A DNA stretch of 58,639 nt from Octopus sinensis (taxonomy: Eukaryota), in NCBI RefSeq assembly GCF_006345805.1, contig NW_021833085.1, forward strand, positions 1 through 58,639, written 5' to 3'. The notes under the pieces are model-generated. The model worked only from the letters and a program-made list of their open reading frames with translations. It was not told the DNA's origin and searched no databases. Positions 1-13,116 of the stretch are shown here, in pieces; the first letter of the stretch is position 1; every line of letters starts with the position of its first letter. Position numbers and translations under genes: made by a program.

Positions 1-11
1 TATATAGCGCC

Positions 12-465
12 TTGAAGGCGGCGAGCTGGCAGAAACGTTAGCACGTCGAGCGAAATACGTAGCAGTATTTCGTCTGCCGTTACGTTCTGAGTTCAAATTC
101 CGCTGAGGTCGACTTTGCCTTTCATCCTTTCGGGTTCGATAAATTAAGTACCAGCTACGCACTGGGGCCGATGCAATCGACTTAATCCGTTTGTCTGTCC
201 TTGTTTGTCCCCCTCTGTGTTTAGTCCCTTGTGGGCAATAAAGAAATAAGAAACGTTAGCACGTCGGGCGAAATGCGTAGTCGTATTTCGTCTGCCGTTA
301 CGTTCTGAGTTCAAATTCCACCGAGGTCGACTTTGCCTTTCATCCTTTCGGGGTCGATAAATTAAGTACCAGCTGCGCACTGGGGTCGATGCAATCGACT
401 TAATCTGTTTGTCTGTCCTTGTTTGTCCCCTCTGTATTTAGCCCCTTGTGGGTAGTAAAGAAATA
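12..465 (+). mobile_element. SINE family A head-to-tail dimer (tRNA-derived head, Meta/MESC-like middle, tail type 1)
   Basis: Head ggcggcgagctggcagaaacgttagc, B-box-like gagttcaaattcc, middle ttgcctttcatcctttcggggtcgataaattaagtaccag, tail cccttgtggg..aaagaaata. Second unit starts at 249. Direct repeat tatatagcgcc at 1-11 and 473-483. Confidence 0.85.
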
Positions 466-788
466 CATATATTATATAGCGCCGTGTGGAGGCATGGGCA
501 TACTGAAAACTTAGCCGGGGTCCTCAGGAGACTTGGGACCCAATTCTGAATACTATAGGCCCCAGTATATCAATTTGCTAGGGAATTTATAATGCTGCTA
601 AGGCGGCACTACATGCATAAATAAGTAAACACATAGTAAACCTGTTCGAGTTTAGTTGCCTGGAATGAATATATAAGCATAATTACATATGTACATACAT
701 ATACATTCATAAATAAACTATATTAAACGTTTATTAAAGAGATGAACGCATCGCTTTAACTGGTGCAAATATATCCACAGACACTCCC

Positions 789-831
<43 letters not shown>

Positions 832-1092
832 GTAGATATGGACGTAGTATTATATGTATGTATATGTATGTATGTATTATATATATATATATATATAACG
901 AGAAAAAAGCAACAAGAATGGATTAGGTTTTTAGTACAATTGTTTCATACAAGACAGGCTTTATTAAAAGCTGCAAATATTGCAGCAAATATAAGGTCCC
1001 GTACTCATCAGCTAAAACACATATGAGTTCTCCAAACATCTTAGTGGGTGAGGCTACACTCATGAAGTATCGGAGATAATTTTATAAAAAGC

Positions 1093-1147
<55 letters not shown>

Positions 1148-1593
1148 TGTATGTATATATATATATATATTCGTCTTCTATATATGTTTTATTTATGATT
1201 AAATATATGTAGCTCCATTACCTATATAGAAAAAGAATTAACTATATCTCTCACCTGTCATTCCAAACAAATGTACAAAGTAGGCAACCAGTTACAGGTA
1301 AATAACGAAATTCATTATAACTGAACAAAATGAAACTGAGTTTATTGAGCACACACACACACTCACTCACTCTCATTCCCTCTCTCTCTCTCTCTCACAC
1401 TCACTCACACACACACAGATGTATGTATATATAAATATATATATATATATATTTACGGAGATGTACTCGCATAGCAAGTGATTTGATCTGAGATCGTGTG
1501 CTGGGACGAAAACAATTGCAGCGTGGAAGGTGTTTGTAAGCCATTTTAGAAACACACAAAAGCCGTTCGATTCACTTCAACATTTAAGTTTAA

Positions 1594-1643
1594 TTTGTCA
1601 AAATATTTTCGTCGCTAAAATCCGCGACCTGTTCACTGACAAA
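1594..1643 (-). ncRNA. Minimal type I hammerhead ribozyme with variant core G3-U-G-A-A-C8-A
   Basis: Minus strand reads UUUGUCA GUGAACA G GUCGC-GGAUUUUA-GCGAC GAAA AUAU U U UGACAAA: 7-bp stem I, 5-bp stem II, palindromic AAUAUU stem III. Confidence 0.7.
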
Positions 1644-1659
1644 AATCCGTGCTGCATCT

Positions 1660-1707
1660 TTTGTCAGTGAACAGGTCGTGGATTTTAGCGCCGAAAATAT
1701 TTTGACA
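1660..1707 (+). ncRNA. Second copy of the G3:C8 hammerhead, stem II weakened
   Basis: UUUGUCA GUGAACA G GUCGU-GGAUUUUA-GCGCC GAAA AUAU UU UGACA. Same core, one mismatch and one G.U pair in stem II. Confidence 0.55.
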
Positions 1708-1926
1708 CATTAAACTTAAATGTTGAAGTGAATCGAACTGCTTTTGTGTGTTTCTTAAATAGCTTACAAACACCTTCCACGCTGCAATTTTTATATATAT
1801 ATATGTATATATAATATGTAGGTATGTATATATATTTATATATATTTTATTTTATCTAGTTTCAAGCTCACGAGCTGTGGCCATGGTGGGGCACCGCCAT
1901 ATATATATATATATATATACATTCCT

Positions 1927-2160
1927 TTATTCTTCTATCCTTTTAATTGTTTCAGTCGTTTACTGCGGCCTCGCTGGAGCACCGCCTTTAGTCGAACAAA
2001 TCGACCCAGGACTTATTCTTCGTAGGCCCAGTACTTATTCTATCGGTCACTTTTGCCGGACCGCTAGATCACGGAGACGTAAACGCACCAACATCCGTTG
2101 TCAAGCGATGGCGGTGAGGACGAACATACACACATAAATATATACTTTTTATGCATATAT

Positions 2161-2217
<57 letters not shown>

Positions 2218-2388
2218 ATATATTATATAAGACGAGCTTCTTTCAGTTCGCATTTTCCAAATCCACTCACAATGCTTTGGTCGGCTTGAGGCTATAGTAG
2301 AAGGCACTTGCTCAAAGTGCTATGCAGTGGAATTGAACCCTGAATCATGTTGTTGAGAAGCAAGCTTCTTACCACGCAGCCAAGCCTG
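1927..2388 (-). mobile_element. SINE family B (tRNA head, CORE-like gcaccttgggcaagtg, internal microsatellite, tail ending gactgaaacaagtaaaaga)
   Basis: Reverse complement matches the copies at 12182 and 40681. Confidence 0.8.
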
Positions 2389-2607
2389 TATACACCACCC
2401 CCCACACACACACCCACACATTATACTCACTTATACATGAATTTACTAGATTATGCATGTTAGTGCATTCATGTTGCGACATGTTAGGAAAGGAAAAATA
2501 TTCCGGTTTAAGACTACATTTAAAAGAATATATATTTACAACCGAACGAAAGTATACGTTTTAACCGAGAAATGTACGGTATAACATTGTATTAAACATA
2601 CAAATAA

Positions 2608-3022
2608 TCTTTTCTACCGTAAGCACAAGGCCGTACAATATGTGAGGCCTGTGCTAGTGGATTGCTTTTGCCCAAGTATATAACTCGTACTTATATCACC
2701 GACCCCGAAAGGATGAAAAACAAAGGCGCCCACAACTAGATCTGAACTTAGAACGTAATAACGAGCTAAATGCCGTTAACCATTTCGTCAAGCGTGTTTA
2801 TGAATCTACCATCTTGTTGCGGAAAATAAATTATCTTTTCTACTCTAGGCACAAGGCAGAAAATTTTTTTGGGGGGGAGGGGGTCGATCTAATCGACTCC
2901 AGTATACAACAGGTACTTAATTTATCGACCTCGACGGAATTTGAACTCATAACGTAGCAGCAGACGAAATGCCGCGAAGCATTTCACCCGGCGTGCTAAC
3001 GGTTATACCAGCTCGCCGCCTT
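2608..3022 (-). mobile_element. Two degenerate family A SINEs (tail type 2)
   Basis: Motifs gaccccgaaaggatgaa, tttgaactca, ctcgccgcctt and tail tttctactctaggcacaagg. Confidence 0.7.
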
Positions 3023-3023
3023 A

Positions 3024-3440
3024 CCCTCTTTTACTCTTTTACTTGTTTCAAGTCATTTGACTGCGGCCATGCTAGAGCACTGCCTTTAGTCGATCGAGCA
3101 AATCGATCCCAGGACTTATTCTTCGTAAGCCTAGTACTTATTCTATCGGTATCTTTCGCCGAACCGCTAAGGTACGGGGACGTAAACACACCAGCATCGG
3201 TTGTCAAGCGATGTTGGGGGACAATCACAAACACACAAACATATATACACACATACCTATATACATATGTATACACATATACGACTGGCTTCTTTCAGTT
3301 TCTGTCTACCATATCCACTCACAAGGCTTTGGTCGGCCCGAGGTTATAGTAGAGACACTTGCTCAAGGTACCACGCAGTGGGAGTGAACCCTGAACCATG
3401 TGGTTCGTATGTAAGCTACTTACCACACAACCACTGCTAC
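3024..3440 (-). mobile_element. SINE family B
   Basis: Full head, CORE-like segment, microsatellite and tail in reverse complement. Confidence 0.85.
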
Positions 3441-3456
3441 TGACGAAAAATAATCA

Positions 3457-3617
3457 TTTTTCTCTACTCTAGGCACAAGGCGCGAAATTTTGGGAGAGGA
3501 GGACGCAACTGGTACTTAATTTATCGACCCCGAAAAGATGAAAGGCAAAGTCAACCTCGGCAAAATTTGAACTCAGAACGCCCGGCGTGCTAACGTTTTT
3601 GCCAACTCGCCACCTTC
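3457..3617 (-). mobile_element. SINE family A, internally deleted
   Basis: Head, B-box and middle motifs present with tail type 2. Confidence 0.75.
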
Positions 3618-5267
3618 GAAAAATAAATAATAACGTTTAACTTGCATTCGAAGTTATCGAGAAACACTGTAGTTTCCATTATGAATAAATTCATAATGAT
3701 CTGAATCTCTCAATTGTAGAATCGCATCAGTACATCGACTGTGAAAAAGCTTCAAGCTCTCATTGTTATAATTTTCGCCCATGTTAGACCCCTGTTGAAC
3801 TAAACACATGTTTTCTGATTCAGGCCTCTGCACGTCACCATGGGCTGGAGTTTTCTGGCTATGGCTGCGGGCTGATCTTATGAGTAAATTTCGTTTGGTT
3901 AACAAAAATTGAGCCGATACCCTTCCTGTACATGTGTGTGTGTGTGTGTGTGGTGTATGCGTGCGTGGGCGTGTGTGTAGTTATATGCGTGTCTAACCAT
4001 TTAAAACCATTGATGGACTGTTTATCTCCTAGTAGCCTAGCAATTCGCCAAAGGGGACGGATAGAATAAGTTTGAGAATGGGGTTAATTTGATTGACAAA
4101 ACCCATTCGTATCTGTAACATACCGAGGCCACGGTCTAATGTTTGAAATAAATAAATAAAATAAAGAGAAAATTATATCCAACGGTAACCCAGCATTTAA
4201 TTTGCAATTAGAAATAAATCAAAATGTACAACGTGATAGAAGAAATAAATGTTGATATAGCGCAGAGACGAAGTCCGATATTTCGAGTTACAGGCTCATT
4301 ATCAAGAAAGGGAAAAGAGAATTCCGTGTGTTGTGGATGAAATACATCCGGAATTACACAAGTATTGCATTAGTTCAACCCTCTATGTTCTACGTTCAAA
4401 TCACTCCGATGTCAACTTTCCTTTTCGTCCTTCAGAATTCGATAAAATAAAGGGCAAGATTTGTTAGGGCATTGACTAAAATTCCTCGAGGTTTTTGTCC
4501 TATCTCTTTCATGTCCTGAGTTTGCTAGCAATGACACTCATTGTCGCTGAGCTATTTCCTCCTCACTTTTCTCTTAGACAGCATCCGTAGCGTGAAGAGA
4601 GAGATTGGCTGGTTGAATAACAGCTGGTCTTCCATAAAAAAAGTAACCTTTTCTAGGATTCATCTTGTCGAAGAATATTCCAGCTTAAGGGTTGCTCACA
4701 GATGGCATAAACTCTTGCTAAGCCACTGAAACAATTCCCATACGTATAACTCAAAGATAATCTATTCGTGAGCATATCCCTAACATTCACATTAGGCTAA
4801 TTACAATTCCTGAGGCCGTTTCTTTCGAATCTTGTCACTAATTCAAATTCTGATCATAACTTCAAGCTCGCATTAAGTTTAATATTAATCCTAATCAGCA
4901 CTTTCCGATCTGAGATGAAATCATGCTGCGGTCTATACAGGTGGTAGACTTAATCCGACACCATGTTTAGTGTAAGCCCCTGGCAACATGAGTGACTTTA
5001 GCGGAACCCATTTCGTCGCAAACATTTGGGAGATGTCTAATTTGAGGACAACTTCCTCTCTCCAACCAATTTCAGAGACCCCCGTAACGGATTTTTGATA
5101 CAACATTTTTCCCTGATTAAAAGATTAAAATAATTTTCTAATGCTCGTCAAATCTTAACTTTAAATATAACCGTAATCCATTGAAGATAAAAACAAGTAG
5201 TTTTAAATTTGTGAGCGAGAAATAAGTTGTGGTAATACTGAAAAGCAGAGTCTATTTGCCGACGTAA

Positions 5268-5526
5268 AGTGGCCCACAATTTTGGGGGAGGGTGCCAGTC
5301 GATAAAATCGACCCCAGTATACGAATGGTTCCTAATTTATCGACTCCGAAAGAATGAAAAGCAAAGTCGACCTCGGCGGAATTTGAACTCAGAACGTAGC
5401 GGCAGACGAAATACTTATTTCTTTACTACCCACAAGGGGCTAAACACAGAAGGGACAAACAAGGACAGACAAACGGATTAAGTCGATTATATCGACACCA
5501 GTGCGTAACTGGTACTTATTTAATCG
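5268..5526 (-). mobile_element. SINE family A dimer (5'-truncated tail-1 unit followed by a unit starting at gtatttcg)
   Basis: Junction at 5414/5415 reads aaagaaataa|gtatttcgtctgcc on the minus strand. Confidence 0.8.
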
Positions 5527-6801
5527 TGTGTGTGTGTGTGTTTGCGTGTGGTATGTGGTGTTGTGTATTAATAGCAAATCCAGCTTCAATCGGATGTATT
5601 GTTTATAACAAACATGACTGCAGAAAATGCCCCAAGAAGTCATCTCCACTAGAGGACAAATGCTAAAAAGAATATATAATTGTTTGACGACATATCATCA
5701 GCAACGTTGGATAGAACAGTTGCATCACGTAATTTCACCGCATTACCGATCGTCAGTAAGAGACAGCCAAACATTTGATAATCGACTGCTTTCTCATTAC
5801 TTCAAGTTTCTTGCCAAAATCTAATCGACAAATGCTATAACACTCAAGAAATATTCTTTTCATTCTTTTATTAGTTTTAATGTTTTGAGTCGAAGACGTG
5901 CGGCCATGATGGAGCACCGCCTCAATGTATTTTCTTTCAGTTCTTTTGTTTCTTTATGGCTGGAATTTAGTCTACTATCCTCCTTCGGTGTACCCTTGAA
6001 ATATTTTAAAGTTTAATTACAGTAACAAAAACAACCACAACTACAGCAACGATATTACAATCGTCATCACAACCTGTAGCAGCAGTAGCGGCCGCAGCAG
6101 CAGCAGCAGCGGCAGCAGGAGTAGTAACGATTATAGTAATAAAGCATATTAAGTAACCTTCATATCATCGCTGCTATTACTTGCGAACAAACGAAACCAC
6201 TCTTATATATTTAGACGGTGTCTGAATCTATACATACATGCATACACACATGCATATATACATATGATATATGATATATGTGTATGTGTATATGCATGTA
6301 TATGTATATGTGTCTGTATGTATAGAAATAAAGACATGTCCATGCCGATAAGTGCACACACGAACACGCACATACACACGCACACACTCACACACACAAG
6401 TACACGCATATATAAGTACATAAAAGTATTTTGCGTAGGTGTACAAAAGGAAACAGAAAGATAGAGAGATAAAGGAAGGGAGAAAAAGATAGATAGATAG
6501 ATAAAGAGAGAGAGAGGGGGAGGGAGGGATAAAAGAGAGGGTGGAGGTCTTTTGAATTAATCCCGAAGCATTTCTTTAAATGAAACCTCAAGTATAACAA
6601 TTCGACACCGCCATGCAGATCTTTCTGGCCGTAAGTCCGTTTCTAAGACTTCCAAGTAGGAGATGAAAGAACCCACGCACAGAAATACACATCCACGTAC
6701 ATACATCCACATAGACACACATATACGCATACGCTTTGCACGCACACACACACACACATAATCACGAACACGCACGTATGTACATACGCACATTCATATA
6801 T

Positions 6802-6877
<76 letters not shown>

Positions 6878-7058
6878 GCCTGTGCATAACTTCATATGCG
6901 TTTTCACATGTATGTATGCTTGTAATATGTATGTGTGTGTGTATGAACGCACACCTGCGCATATATAAATATTTTCATTCATTCATATGCTGAAACACAT
7001 AACTACAGGAACATACAGATGTACGGCCACACCTACAGGCATACGCACAGGTTTGTGT

Positions 7059-7473
7059 GCGTATATATATGATTCGTGGCACTCCGTCGGTTACGACGAC
7101 GAGGGTTCCAGTTGTTTCGATCAACGGAACAGCTTGGTCGTGAAATTAACGTGCAAGTGGCTGACCACTCCACAGACACGTGTACCCTTAACGTAGTTCT
7201 CAAAGAGATTCAACGTGACACAGAGTGTGTCAAGGATGATACTGAGTGTGACAAGGCAAACCCCTTTGAAGTACAGGTACAAGAGAAACTGGAAGAAAGA
7301 GTGAAAGTGGTGGTGAAAGAGTCCAGCAGAGTTCGCCGACACCCCCTGCCGGAGCCTGATGAGGTTTTAGGTGTTTTCGCTCAATAAACACTCACAATGC
7401 CTGGTCTGGGAATTGAAACCGCGATCCAACGACTGCGAGTCCGCTGCCCTAACTATTGGGCATCGTGCCTCCA
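7059..7473 (-). mobile_element. SINE family C (tRNA-Arg-like head, tail ending cgtaaccgacggagtgc)
   Basis: Reverse complement aligns with 25945-26335. Confidence 0.8.
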
Positions 7474-7492
7474 CCACTGGGCCATTGCGCCT

Positions 7493-7808
7493 GCGTTGGT
7501 TATGACGAAGAGGGTCTTAGCTGATACAATCAACGGAACAGCTTGCACGTGAAATTAACGTGCAAGTGGCTGAGCACTCCACAGTCTCGTGTACCTTAAC
7601 GCAGTTCTCAAAGAGATTCATCGTGACACAGAGTGTGTCAGGGATGGCTCTTGAAATACAGGTACTACTCATTTTTGCTGGCTGAGTGGACTGGAGCAAC
7701 ATGAAATAATGTGCCTTGCTCAAGGATACAACACGTCGCCGGGAATTGAAATCACGACCTTACAATCGTGAGCCGAATGCCCTAACCACTAAGCCACGCG
7801 CCTTCACA
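7493..7808 (-). mobile_element. Hybrid SINE: family D head and CORE-like segment joined to the family C tail
   Basis: 5' half matches 29597-29745. From cctgtatttcaa onward it matches the family C tail. Confidence 0.75.
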
Positions 7809-7844
7809 TTTATGCTTATACATGTATGTATACGTATGTGTGAC

Positions 7845-8233
7845 GGCGTAATGGCCCAATAGTTAGGGCAGCAGACTCGCGGTCGTAGGATCGTGGTTTC
7901 GATTCCCAGACTGGACGTTGTGAGTGTTTATTGAGCGAAAACACCTAAAGCTCCACGAAGCTCCCGTAAGGGGTGGTGGCGAACCCTGCTGTACTCTTTT
8001 ACCACAACTTTCTCTCGCTCTTCCTTCCTGTTTTTGCTGTACCTGTATTTCAAAGGGGCCAGCCTTATCACACTCTGTGTCATACTGAATCTCCCCGAGG
8101 AGATGGGTCTGTGGAGTGCTCAGGCTATACGTGTCTGTGGGGTGCTCAGCCACTTGCACTTTAATTTCACGAGCAGGCTGTTCCATTGATCGTATCAACT
8201 GGAACCCTCGTCGTCGTAACCGACAGAATGCCA
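7845..8233 (+). mobile_element. SINE family C
   Basis: ggcgtaatggcccaatagttagggcagcagactcgcgg...ggtttcgattccc head and family C tail, followed by (TATG)n. Confidence 0.85.
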
Positions 8234-8506
8234 CAAAGTACGTATGTATGTACGTACGTATGTATGTATGTATGTATGTATGTATGTATGTATGTATGTA
8301 TGTATGTATGTATGTATGTATGTATGTATGTATGTATGTATGTATGTATGTATGTATGTATGTATGTATGTATGTATGTATGTATGTATGATTGCGAACA
8401 TGTGCATATATATACATATTTCTTGATTTATGAATGATACATACATTAATATAACTACACGCAAGATGTATGTATACTAATATATATATGTATATATATA
8501 TTATAT

Positions 8507-8588
<82 letters not shown>

Positions 8589-9080
8589 TATAATATATAT
8601 ATATATTATATATATATATAATATATATATATATGTTAATAAAATAGACTATGCATATATATAAACATATATGTACTACCTACCCTACATGTACATATAC
8701 ACGCATATATGTGTACAGGACACCAAAAGACGTCGAAGACATAGAGAGACGAAACACAATAGACACAAACCAAGGAACAAGACACGCAAAAAAAGAGAGA
8801 TACAGGACAATAAGCACAACGAAAAATCCCCTCTTCAGATCGCTAAGGTTTCATCTACTAAACGTTTCGAAGGATAAAGCGAGACTATATACTCGAAGAA
8901 AACTTCCTTCCCGCGAAAGCAAATCAATAATATATATATATATATTCATGCGTATCTATACACATACAATTATACATATATATACATGCAAATATCTATA
9001 GACCCGTATATATATTTATACAAACAATCAAATATACGCGCGCGCAGAAACACACATATATGTATATATGTATGTATATA

Positions 9081-9130
<50 letters not shown>

Positions 9131-9365
9131 TATATTATATATATTATATATATATATATATACGTTTAAAATATATACATTTATACAAATATATGCATAC
9201 ACATATACACATATACCACAACACACATGTACACATATATATACACAAAGACATATATATATGTGTATATATATATATGTATGTATTTATCTATTTCTCT
9301 CACTCTCTCCCTCCCTCTCTCTGCCTCTATCTCTCTCTCTATCTATCTATGTATCTGTTTATCTA

Positions 9366-9414
<49 letters not shown>

Positions 9415-9884
9415 ATATAATATATGTGTGTGTGTGTGTATGTATGTGTGTGTATGTATGTATGTATATAAACATACATATATGCGTCCACGTTTCCACC
9501 CATTCATATATCCACAGAGATGCATTCAAACACCTACACATTCTGGTCGTTCTTTCATACATACATACATACACACACATACTTATATACGTATACATGC
9601 ATACACACATTTACATACATCCATAATACGAAAATAATACATATTCATGTACACGTAGCCGGACAGTTTTCATCGTTCTACAGGTGCTTAAGTTAATCAC
9701 GTATAGCGACAACATCAAAGCCACTTTTTCGAGAAGTCAGTAGACAATACTGAAGTACAACTTCAACTGACTTAGCTCCATTCCACACACACACACACAC
9801 ACACACTCCCGAAATCCCAAAACAGAGACATACGTACACACCTACAAACGCACTGAAATACACACAATACAAACACATACGTAC

Positions 9885-9925
9885 CTTTACCGTTTCGTCT
9901 TTGCTTTTATTCCTGTGTTGCTTGC
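9885..9925 (-). CDS. Candidate 41-nt internal exon (KQHRNKSKDETVK), gene unknown
   Basis: Minus strand: cattgac branch-like site, ttctttcag| acceptor, aag|gtacgt donor. One of three frames is open. Confidence 0.25.
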
Positions 9926-10345
9926 CTGAAAGAATTTGGCATATCGTGTCAATGCTATGTTTTAGCCTTTCAGTACTAGGCGTTGTTAATTGCAGTCAAA
10001 GAACCATTATTCTTAACCATCAGAACAAAGAGAAAGCCGCACGAAGATAGGTAATAAAAGATATCTCTCTCACGTTATCTCTTCGTTTCTTCTTTCCTTT
10101 TTCTCTCCATTCTCCCATCCGCCACCCCTCACCAACATATATTTCATTATCTTCTTGACTTCAATAATTTATACAGAAAAACCTTATTTTTTTCAATTTT
10201 TTTCTTTTTAATTTCATTTTATTTTATTTTATTTTATTTATTCATCCATTCATTTATTTTGATATTTCATCGCCGAGACGCGAGCGCAAAACTTTTCATT
10301 CTTTCCCCGCCTTTACGTTTACCTTTAACATATTACTTACTTATT

Positions 10346-10386
<41 letters not shown>

Positions 10387-10525
10387 TTACTACTTATATT
10401 GATAATAACAATAATATTAATAATGATAATAATAATAATCCTTTCATTATTGGTCACAAGGCCCAAACGTAACTTGTCATGCGGAAAGGGTTACAAAATG
10501 TGTAGGGAAGTATACAACAGCGCCA

Positions 10526-10569
<44 letters not shown>

Positions 10570-10602
10570 ATAATAATAATAATAATAATAATACTAATAA
10601 TC

Positions 10603-10701
<99 letters not shown>

Positions 10702-10774
10702 TCGGTGACAGCGGCGGCGGCGGCGGTGGTTGTGGTGGTGGTGGTGGTGGTGGTGGATGGTGGTAATGGATGTG

Positions 10775-10813
<39 letters not shown>

Positions 10814-11513
10814 CGATGATGAATGACAATGGTTAAGATGGCGACGATGACGATTGCAGGCCTTTCTTAAGATTTCGATTCATTTATCTTCGTATCACGT
10901 TTTTGATCTTCTTATACTATTATCATTTTCATTGTCATACACCTTTGAATTTTACGAGAACTACGTCTTTTCATTAACACAAAAACAACCACAACTACAA
11001 CAACGATATTACAATCGTCATCACAACCTGTAGCAGCAGTAGCGGCAGCAGTAGCAGCAGCAGCAGCGACAGCAGGAGCAGTAATGATTATGAAATGCGT
11101 TTTGTGACAACCGACCACTTTCAGAGAATACATACACTCCAGCCTTACGTAATCCAGTTTTCCTCCTCCCCTACATGAGACCGATTGCAAAGGGAAATAA
11201 CCATATACCGTTCAGAAAAACATAACCTTTTAACTTTGAACACGTCGTTTTCTTTCTTTTTGTTTTGTATTTTTCTTTTTCTTTTTTTTTTTTGTAGTGG
11301 TTTGTGTGTTGGTTGGTTTTTATTTCTGTTTCTTATCTTTTGGTTCGTTCCTAAATGAAACGGATTCCTCAATTTTTAATTCAATTCCAGAGTTCTACCT
11401 AACAAAACGGTGAATCCCCTCAGATTCATTTCAATATCTCTCCACTTATCCTTCAAATCGCGAACTTCTGATCTGGATATGTAACTCTTCCATCTTTTAC
11501 TCTTTTAATCTTC

Positions 11514-11551
<38 letters not shown>

Positions 11552-12181
11552 ATTTCTATCTGTCCTTTGTATTCACCTTTCTTTCTCTCTCTCTTATTCT
11601 CTCTCTTCCATTCTCTCTATCTCTCTTTTTCTCATTCTCTTATCGCTTTCTATCGTTCTTATTCTTTCTTTCTCTGCCTCTTACCCCTCTTTCTTTCTCT
11701 CTATCTGTCTCTCTCTCTCCCTCTCTGTCTCTTTCGATTTTAATCCCTTACCTATTGCCTATTTCACTCTTTTCCTCTCTTCATAAAAGCTCATATTTAG
11801 CCTTAATCCTCAGAGAATTTCTTCCCCGTAATATATGAGTGAAAACGTTATCTATCGAACCAGCAGGAGGGTTGATCCTTCTACCTGGTTGCCTGAGATG
11901 ATAGAAATTTCCCTTAAATCATAGGCTGCCATCTTAGAAAAAAAGACACGTTCTATAATACGTTCCTCCTTTCACAGTAAATAGGGAAACCAAACGAGTT
12001 AGTCACAACTAGAACACGTTTTATCAAAGACCAAATCCAGTGGTTCACAACTAAGGTCCATATGAAACTTAGGGGTTCATATAAGTTTTTTGGTGTTAAC
12101 ATTTAAAACCAATATATTGGTTATACTTCCACAATACACAAACTATTCCAACAATATTTTGTTATAAAATTCCTAATAATA

Positions 12182-12596
12182 GGTGCAGGAGTGGCTGTGT
12201 GGTAAGTAGCTTGCTTACTAACCACATGGTTCGAGATTCATTCCGACTGCGTGGCACCTTGGGCAAGTGTCTTCTACTATAGCCTTGGGCCAACCAAAGC
12301 CTTGTGAGTGGATTTGGTAGACGGAAACTGAAAGAAGCCCGTCGTATATATGTATATGTATATGTATGTGTATGTGTATATGTTTGTGTCTCCGTGTGTG
12401 TCCCCCCACAACATCGCTTGACAACCGATATTGGTGTGTTTGTGTCCCCGTAACTTACTGGCTCGACAAAAGAGTCCGACAGAATAATTACTAGGCTTAC
12501 AAAGAATAAGCCCTGGGGTCGATTTGCTCGACTAAAGGCGGTGTTCCAACATGGCCACAGTCAAATGACTGAAACAAGTAAAAGAGTAAATGAGTA
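12182..12596 (+). mobile_element. SINE family B, full length
   Basis: ggagtggctgtgtggtaagtagcttgcttac head, gcaccttgggcaagtgtctt, tail ending gtaaaagagtaaa. Confidence 0.85.
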
Positions 12597-12614
12597 ATAT
12601 TTAATTTTTTTCTA

Positions 12615-12781
12615 TCTTTTCTTTTATTTGTTTCAGTCCTTTGACTGCGGCCATGCTGGAGCAGCGCCTTTAGTCGAAGAAATCAACCCGAGGACTTATT
12701 CTTTGTAAGCCTAGTGTTTATTCTATCCCTCTCGTTTGTCGAACCACTAAGTTACGGGGACATAAACACACCAGCATCGGG
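12615..12781 (-). mobile_element. SINE family B 3' half, tail-to-tail with the previous copy
   Basis: Reverse complement of the B tail, about 20 bp from the plus-strand copy. Confidence 0.8.
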
Positions 12782-12799
12782 GGTTTCATACCCACACTC

Positions 12800-12874
<75 letters not shown>

Positions 12875-13116
12875 ATATATATATATATATATATACATAT
12901 CATTATTATCATTATTATTATTTTTTTCTTATTATTATTATTATTATTATTATTATTTTTGTTATTATTATTATTATTATTATTATCATCATCATCATCA
13001 TCCTCATCATCATCCTCATCCTCCTTCTTCTACTCATCCTCTTCATCATCATCATCATCACCATCGTCATGATCATCATCATCATCATCATTATCATCAT
13101 TATTATCCTTATTATG

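Larger units (their letters stand above)
1452..1789. mobile_element. Fold-back PLE/retrozyme-like element: 131-bp inverted arms (1514-1644 and 1659-1789), 14-bp spacer, inserted in (TA)n
   Basis: Arms are near-perfect reverse complements and each carries an HHR-like fold next to the spacer. Confidence 0.7.

Noticed and set aside
5690-5760. Two CUGANGA motifs on the minus strand
   Set aside because: No compatible stem I, G at the cleavage position for one, and no GAAA for the other.
7350-7385. CUGAUGA inside a family C SINE
   Set aside because: Other family C copies read differently here, so this is a chance mutation.
6200-9640. Many ORFs rich in YI, CMYV, HTYI and LS repeats (also throughout the window)
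   Set aside because: Translations of (TA)n, (CATA)n, (CA)n and (CT)n microsatellites.
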